A DNA stretch of 32,000 bases from Pseudomonas aeruginosa (GTDB taxonomy: Bacteria > Pseudomonadota > Gammaproteobacteria > Pseudomonadales > Pseudomonadaceae): assembly GCF_001457615.1 (NCBI RefSeq), contig NZ_LN831024.1, positions 180,001 to 212,000 on the forward strand. The letters are read 5' to 3'. Positions 24,449 through 32,000 of this stretch are shown piece by piece (position 1 is the stretch's first letter; each line of letters starts with the position of its first letter). The position numbers and the translations under genes are program-made. The notes below the pieces were generated by a model. The model was not told the DNA's origin and did not search any database. It saw nothing but the letters and a program-made list of their open reading frames with translations.

Positions 24449-24510
24449 TTATTGGCGCCGGTTTCTCGTCGGATAGTTATCCGGTTAGACGGATTGGCTA
24501 TCGATACCCC

Positions 24511-25875
<1,365 letters not shown>

Positions 25876-26808
25876 CTAGCCGGTTGGGAAGGCGGAGAAG
25901 CGCCGGGCCAGGTCCTGGCGGCGGAAGTAGTCGACGACGAAGTCGACGAAGACCCGGGTCTTGGCCGGTAGCAGCTTATTCGCCGCGTAGTAGAGGCTGG
26001 TGTTGCCGGCGTCGACGTACCAGTCCGGCAGGACCCGCACCAGGGCGCCGGACTCCAGGTAGGCATAGGCGTGCTGCATGCATACCAGGGTGATGCCCAG
26101 GCCCATGGCGGCGACCTCGCAGGTGGCTTCCGGGTCGCTCATGGTCATGCGTTCGCGCAGCTCGATCGGCGCCTCCTCGCCGTTGCGCCGGCGCAGCGGC
26201 CAGGAGCGCACGCGGCCGGTCTGCGGCGAGCGGATGCGGATCCCGTCGAAGCCGCCCAGGTCGCCTGGATGGCGGATTGGCGGCTTGTCGCGGAGGTAGG
26301 CGGGCGAGGCGAGGAGGATCAGGTGGCCCGGCGTCAGGTTGCGCGCCACCACCCCGGGCGGCAGTTCGAAACCACCGCCGATGGCGGCGTCGAAGCCTTC
26401 GCCGATGAGGTCGACCTGGCGATTGTCGAAATGCCAGTCGGGCACGATGTCAGGATAGCGTTCGAGGAACTCGCCGAGCAGCGGCAGGATGTAGTCGCGG
26501 CCGAAGGCCAGCCCCATGCTGACCTTCAACGTGCCGCTGGGTTGGTTGCCGACGCTGGAGACGTTGGCGAGAGCGGTCTGGATGCCCTCCAGGCTGCCGC
26601 CGACCTCTTGCAGGAAACGCTCCCCGGCTTCGGTCAGGGTCAGGCGCCGGGTGCTGCGCTGGAACAGGCGCACGCCGAGGTTGCTTTCCAGGCGGGCGAC
26701 GTTCTTGCCCACCCCGGCCGGCGTCAGGCCCAGGCGCCTGGCGGCCTCGGCGAAGCTACCGGCCTCGGCGCTGCGGACGAAGCACTGGATGTTGCTGAGG
26801 GTTTCCAT
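25876..26808 (-). CDS. LysR-family transcriptional regulator (PA0181-like), divergent from the SDR gene
   Basis: The N-terminal wHTH reads 'IQCFVRSAEAGSFAEAARRLGLTPAGVGKNVARLESNLGVRLFQRSTRRLTLTEAGE'. Confidence 0.88.
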   Translation of the reverse strand: METLSNIQCFVRSAEAGSFAEAARRLGLTPAGVGKNVARLESNLGVRLFQRSTRRLTLTEAGERFLQEVGGSLEGIQTALANVSSVGNQPSGTLKVSMGLAFGRDYILPLLGEFLERYPDIVPDWHFDNRQVDLIGEGFDAAIGGGFELPPGVVARNLTPGHLILLASPAYLRDKPPIRHPGDLGGFDGIRIRSPQTGRVRSWPLRRRNGEEAPIELRERMTMSDPEATCEVAAMGLGITLVCMQHAYAYLESGALVRVLPDWYVDAGNTSLYYAANKLLPAKTRVFVDFVVDYFRRQDLARRFSAFPTG

Positions 26809-26823
26809 GGGAAAGGGCCCGCA

Positions 26824-26836
26824 TAAACCATTGGTA
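26824..26836. promoter_or_regulatory. LysR-type T-N11-A box with an ACCA-n-TGGT dyad in the divergent promoter region
   Basis: TAAACCATTGGTA fits T-N11-A and has an internal dyad ACCAtTGGT. It lies 16-28 bp upstream of the LysR start. Confidence 0.4.
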
Positions 26837-26924
26837 TCGGCTGAATATAGCGATTACCCGCTACCAGGTCTGCAATGGACGACGGAAACTCGGGGCCTGT
26901 CTATCCACTCCGATGGAGATTTCC

Positions 26925-27677
26925 ATGTCCGTATCCTCTGCATCCCTCGCCGGCAAAGTCGCCTTCGTCCAGGGCGGTTCCCGCGGCATCGGCGCCGCCA
27001 TCGTTCGTCGGCTGGCCGCCGAAGGCGCCAGCGTCGCCTTCACCTACGTCAGCTCGGCGGACAAGTCCCGGGCCCTGGCGGCCGAACTCGAAGGCGCCGG
27101 AGCCAGCATCCTGGCCCTGCATGCCGATAGCGCCGACGCGGCGGCGCTCGTCGCCGCCGTCGACGAAGCGGCGGCTCGCTTCGGACGCATCGACATCCTG
27201 GTCAACAATGCCGCCGTCCTCGCCCTCGGTTCGGTGGAAGAGCTGCCGCTGGCCGACTTCGAGCGGACCTTGGCGATCAACGTGCGCAGCGTCTTCGTCG
27301 CCACCCAGGCGGCGGTCAAGCACATGGGCGACGGCGGGCGGGTGATCAGCATCGGCAGCACCAATGCCGAACGCATGCCGTTCGCCGGCGGCGCCACCTA
27401 CGCGATGAGCAAGTCGGCGCTGGTCGGCCTGACCAAGGGCCTGGCCCGCGACCTCGGCCCGCGCGGGATCACGGTGAACAACGTGCAGCCGGGTCCGGTG
27501 GATACCGACATGAACCCGGACGACGGCGACTTCGCCGAGGCCCTCAAGGGCCTGATGGCGCTGCCGCGCTACGCCCGCAGCGAGGAAATCGCCAGCTTCG
27601 TCGCCTACCTGGCCGGGCCGGAAGCGGCCTACATCACCGGGGCCAGCCTGACCATCGATGGCGGTTTCTCGGCCTGA
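26925..27677 (+). CDS. Short-chain dehydrogenase/reductase (FabG-like; PA0182-like)
   Basis: The cofactor motif is 'VQGGSRGIGAAIV' and 'NNAAV' is present. The catalytic Y-x3-K is 'YAMSKSAL'. I preferred the ATG at 26925 because GGAG lies 6 nt upstream; the ATG at 26913 is an alternative. Confidence 0.88.
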   Translation: MSVSSASLAGKVAFVQGGSRGIGAAIVRRLAAEGASVAFTYVSSADKSRALAAELEGAGASILALHADSADAAALVAAVDEAAARFGRIDILVNNAAVLALGSVEELPLADFERTLAINVRSVFVATQAAVKHMGDGGRVISIGSTNAERMPFAGGATYAMSKSALVGLTKGLARDLGPRGITVNNVQPGPVDTDMNPDDGDFAEALKGLMALPRYARSEEIASFVAYLAGPEAAYITGASLTIDGGFSA

Positions 27678-27709
27678 CCCGGGTCGCCTCGTTCCACCCG
27701 GCGAAGTAG

Positions 27710-27770
27710 CCCCTCTCCCCGACCTTCTGGCCAGACGTTCCCTCCTGAAGGGAGAGGGCGAGGGGAGAGG
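27710..27770. repeat. Pyrimidine-tract / purine-tract imperfect palindromic element between convergent genes (probable bidirectional terminator; member of a small repeat family)
   Basis: CCTCTCCCC (27712-27720) pairs with GGGGAGAGG (27762-27770). An inner CCCTC / GAGGG hairpin lies at 27740-27758. The purine arm GGGAGAGGGCGAGGGGAGAGG resembles the minus-strand arm of the element at 29424-29470. Confidence 0.5.
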
Positions 27771-27776
27771 TTCCGC

Positions 27777-29474
<1,698 letters not shown>

Positions 29475-30314
29475 TCAGCAAGCGAGGAATTCGAAGGGCA
29501 GGTTTTCCACCCGTCGCGGCGGCGGCGCGACGTACTCGCCGTCGGCGGTCAGTTCGTGCAGCAGCGCTTCGCGCTGGCGCAGGAAGTCGAAGCCACCGCG
29601 CTCGCGCGGATGCGCCAGGCCCACCTCGACCACCCGCCTGATCCGCCCCGGACGTGGCTCCATCACCACCACCCGGTCGGCCAGGTAGAGCGCCTCCTCG
29701 ACGTCGTGGGTGACCAGCAGGGTGGTGATACGGGTACGCCGGCGGATCGCCAGCAACTCTTCCTGCAACTGTTGGCGGGTCAGGGCGTCGAGGGCGCTGA
29801 ACGGCTCGTCGAGCAGCAGCAGGCGCGGGCTGGCCACCAGGCCACGGGCGATCGCCACGCGCTGGGCCATGCCGCCGGACAACTGGTGCGGGTAGGCACG
29901 CTCGAAGCCGTGCAGGCCGACCAGGCGGATGTATTCGTCGATCCGCGCCGCCTTGTCGGTTTCGCCAAGGGCTTCGTTGACCAGGCCGAGGGCGACGTTC
30001 TGCTGCACCGTCAGCCAGGGGAACAGGCGGTGCTCCTGGAACACGATGCCGCGTTCGCCGCCGATGCCGGCGATTGGCCGGCCGTCGACGCGGATCTCGC
30101 CGTCGTAGTCGCGGTCCAGGCCGATCAGCAGGCGCAGCAGGGTCGACTTGCCGCAGCCACTGGCGCCGACGATGGCGATGAACTCGCCCTCGCCGATCTC
30201 CAGGTCGAACTGCTGGATCGCTTCCAGTCGCCGGCCGTCCACGGCGAAGTGCTTGCGCACCTGGCGGAAGCTGACCAGCGGGGTGCCCGTGGCGGGCGCG
30301 GTGAATGCGTTCAT
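29475..30314 (-). CDS. atsC: ABC transporter ATP-binding protein of the sulfate-ester uptake system
   Basis: Walker A is 'GASGCGKST', the signature is 'LSGGMAQRV' and Walker B is 'LLLLDEPFSALD'. I trimmed the 770-aa track ORF to the ATG at 30314, which forms an ATGA overlap with the atsB stop. Confidence 0.9.
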   Translation of the reverse strand: MNAFTAPATGTPLVSFRQVRKHFAVDGRRLEAIQQFDLEIGEGEFIAIVGASGCGKSTLLRLLIGLDRDYDGEIRVDGRPIAGIGGERGIVFQEHRLFPWLTVQQNVALGLVNEALGETDKAARIDEYIRLVGLHGFERAYPHQLSGGMAQRVAIARGLVASPRLLLLDEPFSALDALTRQQLQEELLAIRRRTRITTLLVTHDVEEALYLADRVVVMEPRPGRIRRVVEVGLAHPRERGGFDFLRQREALLHELTADGEYVAPPPRRVENLPFEFLAC

Positions 30315-31927
30315 GCGTGTCTCCAGCGCGTGGCGCGCGCTTCGATGCGTTGGCCGAGGGCATTGAGCAGGGCGCCGGTGAGGCCGACCAGGAGCATGCC
30401 GGCGCCGATCAGGTCCATGCGGAACAATTGCTGGGCGCCGATCATCAGGCTGCCGATGCCGCCGTCGGAGGGCATGAAGTACTCGGCGCCGATGGTTCCC
30501 AGCCAGGCGTAGATCAGCGCCAGGCGCAGGCCGGCGAACACCGACGGGGCGGCACCCGGCAGGACCAGCCGGAGCAGCCGTCGCCAGGGACCCAGGCGCA
30601 GCACCCGGGCCGCCTCGCCGAGGCTCGGCGGCAGGCTGGCGATGCCGCGCTGGGTGGCCAGCAGCAGCGGGAAGAAGGCGGCGATTGCGACGAACGTCAG
30701 CTTGGCCGGTTCGCCCAGGCCGAACCAGGCGGTGAGCAGCGGTACCCAGGCGAAGATCGCCACCTGCCGCAGTGCCGCGAAAGTGGGGCCGAAGAAGCGT
30801 TCCGCCGGGCGCCACAGGCCGAGCAGCAGGCCGCCGAGGAAACCCAGGCCGCCGCCCAGCAGGAGCCCGCCGAGCGTGCGCTTCAGGCTGTCGAACAGGG
30901 CGCCTGGGAGGCTGCCGTCGAGCGCTCCGCTCCAGGTCGCCCGCGCCACTTCCAGAGGGCTGGCGAGGATCGCCGGATCGACCCATTCGGCGCTGCTCGC
31001 CGACTGCCACAGGAGCAGCAGCGCCAGCGGCGGCAGCCACACCTGCAGGCGCTGCCAGCCGCGTCCCGGCGGGCGCCGGCGGAATTCGCCGGTGGCGGCT
31101 TGCGGCCAGTGCAGCAGGCGGCGGTCGAGCCACTGGATGGCGCGGTCCATGCCCACCCCGACCAGGCCGATGATGAGGATGCAGACGAACACGATGTCGA
31201 GCATGAACAGTTGCCGGCCCTGCACCATCAGGTAGCCGATACCCTCGCTGGAAGCCAGCAACTCGACCGCCAGCAGCGAGGTCCAGCCCTGCGCCAGGGC
31301 CAGGCGCAGCCCGGTGAGGAAGGCCGGCAGCGCCGCCGGCAGGATCAGCCGCCAGACCAGCAGGCGTGGCGGCAGGCGCAGTACTGCGGCGGCTTCGCGC
31401 AGCTTGGGCTGGGCGTCGCGCACGCCGACCAGGGTATGGATGGTCACCGGCACCACGACCGCTTTCACCAGCACCACCAGCTTGAGCAGTTCGCCGATGC
31501 CGAAGAACAGCATGAACAGCGGGATCCAGGCCAGCGTGGGGATTTGCGCGAGGGCGCTGAAGGTGGGGAAGACCAGGCGCTCGGCACGCGGACTGAAGCC
31601 CAGCCAGGCGCCTAGCGCGGCGCCGCTGGCGACCCCGGCGAGCAGGCCCCAGGCCAGGCGCCGCAGGCTGATCGCCAATTCGCTCCAGAGTTCGCCGGCG
31701 AGCAACTCGCGGGCGCTCTGCCAGACCAGCTCGGGAGTTGGCAGCACCTGGGCCGACATCCAGTGGCGATGGCTGGCGACCCACCACAGCAGCGCCAGCC
31801 CGAGCGGCAGCAACCAGGGCAGCAGGCCGTCCCCCAGGCGCCGGGCGAAAGCCGCGGAGGGCGGCGGCGCCAGGCGCGGCAGGGGCCGGCTCCAGGCGGG
31901 CGAAAGGGTTTTATCGATATTCTTCAT
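30311..31927 (-). CDS. atsB: ABC transporter permease with two fused TauC/SsuC-type permease modules
   Basis: The 538-aa polytopic protein has a clear internal duplication. '...FPTFSALAQIPTLAWIPLFMLFFGIGE...EAAAVLRLPPRLLVWRLILPAALPAFLTGLRLAL' parallels '...GPTFAALRQVAIFAWVPLLTAWFGLGE...EAARVLRLGPWRRLLRLVLPGAAPSVFAGLRLAL'. The start at 31927 has no obvious SD. Confidence 0.85.
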   Translation of the reverse strand: MKNIDKTLSPAWSRPLPRLAPPPSAAFARRLGDGLLPWLLPLGLALLWWVASHRHWMSAQVLPTPELVWQSARELLAGELWSELAISLRRLAWGLLAGVASGAALGAWLGFSPRAERLVFPTFSALAQIPTLAWIPLFMLFFGIGELLKLVVLVKAVVVPVTIHTLVGVRDAQPKLREAAAVLRLPPRLLVWRLILPAALPAFLTGLRLALAQGWTSLLAVELLASSEGIGYLMVQGRQLFMLDIVFVCILIIGLVGVGMDRAIQWLDRRLLHWPQAATGEFRRRPPGRGWQRLQVWLPPLALLLLWQSASSAEWVDPAILASPLEVARATWSGALDGSLPGALFDSLKRTLGGLLLGGGLGFLGGLLLGLWRPAERFFGPTFAALRQVAIFAWVPLLTAWFGLGEPAKLTFVAIAAFFPLLLATQRGIASLPPSLGEAARVLRLGPWRRLLRLVLPGAAPSVFAGLRLALIYAWLGTIGAEYFMPSDGGIGSLMIGAQQLFRMDLIGAGMLLVGLTGALLNALGQRIEARATRWRHA

Positions 31928-32000
31928 GGGAATATAAATCGCCGAATAAATGCATTTTTTCGCTAAGAAGGGCCATTTAAAGAAAGGCCCCAGGCAGCGG

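Overview
The window is high-GC (about 65%) gammaproteobacterial chromosome. I recognise it from memory, not from a search, as the Pseudomonas aeruginosa PAO1-type core region PA0158 to PA0185. About 27 genes are supported.

Plus-strand block:
- 3' part of the RND pump gene triC
- a LysR regulator
- an AT-rich gap holding two tiny terminator-bounded units
- the OprD-family porin opdC
- a divergent AraC regulator and a leaderless gamma-glutamyltransferase homologue
- a four-gene block: Tsx/OmpK-like outer-membrane channel, NAT/NCS2 nucleobase permease, RutR-like TetR regulator, YigZ/IMPACT protein

Minus-strand run of 16 co-oriented genes:
- siaABCD, a phosphatase / kinase / partner-switch / diguanylate cyclase module
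- the complete Che2 chemosensory operon cheY2-cheA2-cheW2-aer2-cheR2-cheD-cheB2
- the MCP gene mcpA/cttP
- a LysR regulator

The window ends with an SDR oxidoreductase and the sulfate-ester genes atsB-atsC-atsA.

I found no tRNA, rRNA, CRISPR array, transposase, integrase or phage genes. This reads as core genome, not an accessory island, and the large systems here (Sia, Che2/Aer2, Ats, TriABC) are already described. I do not see a convincing new multi-gene system.

The observations most worth follow-up are small-scale:
- an orphan promoter-to-terminator unit with weak coding signals at 4022-4312
- a 61-aa secreted peptide gene with a heavily structured 3' UTR
- a 670-bp leader with a TTTTGT palindrome array and long hairpins upstream of the Tsx-like gene
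- an SD-sequestering hairpin plus a 6-codon uORF overlapping the permease start
- five tandem FGLFD motifs in the CheA2 linker
- a hairpin/G-quadruplex element in the atsC-atsA spacer

Start codons were chosen from RBS context and are less certain than stop codons. All homology calls are recognition by eye.
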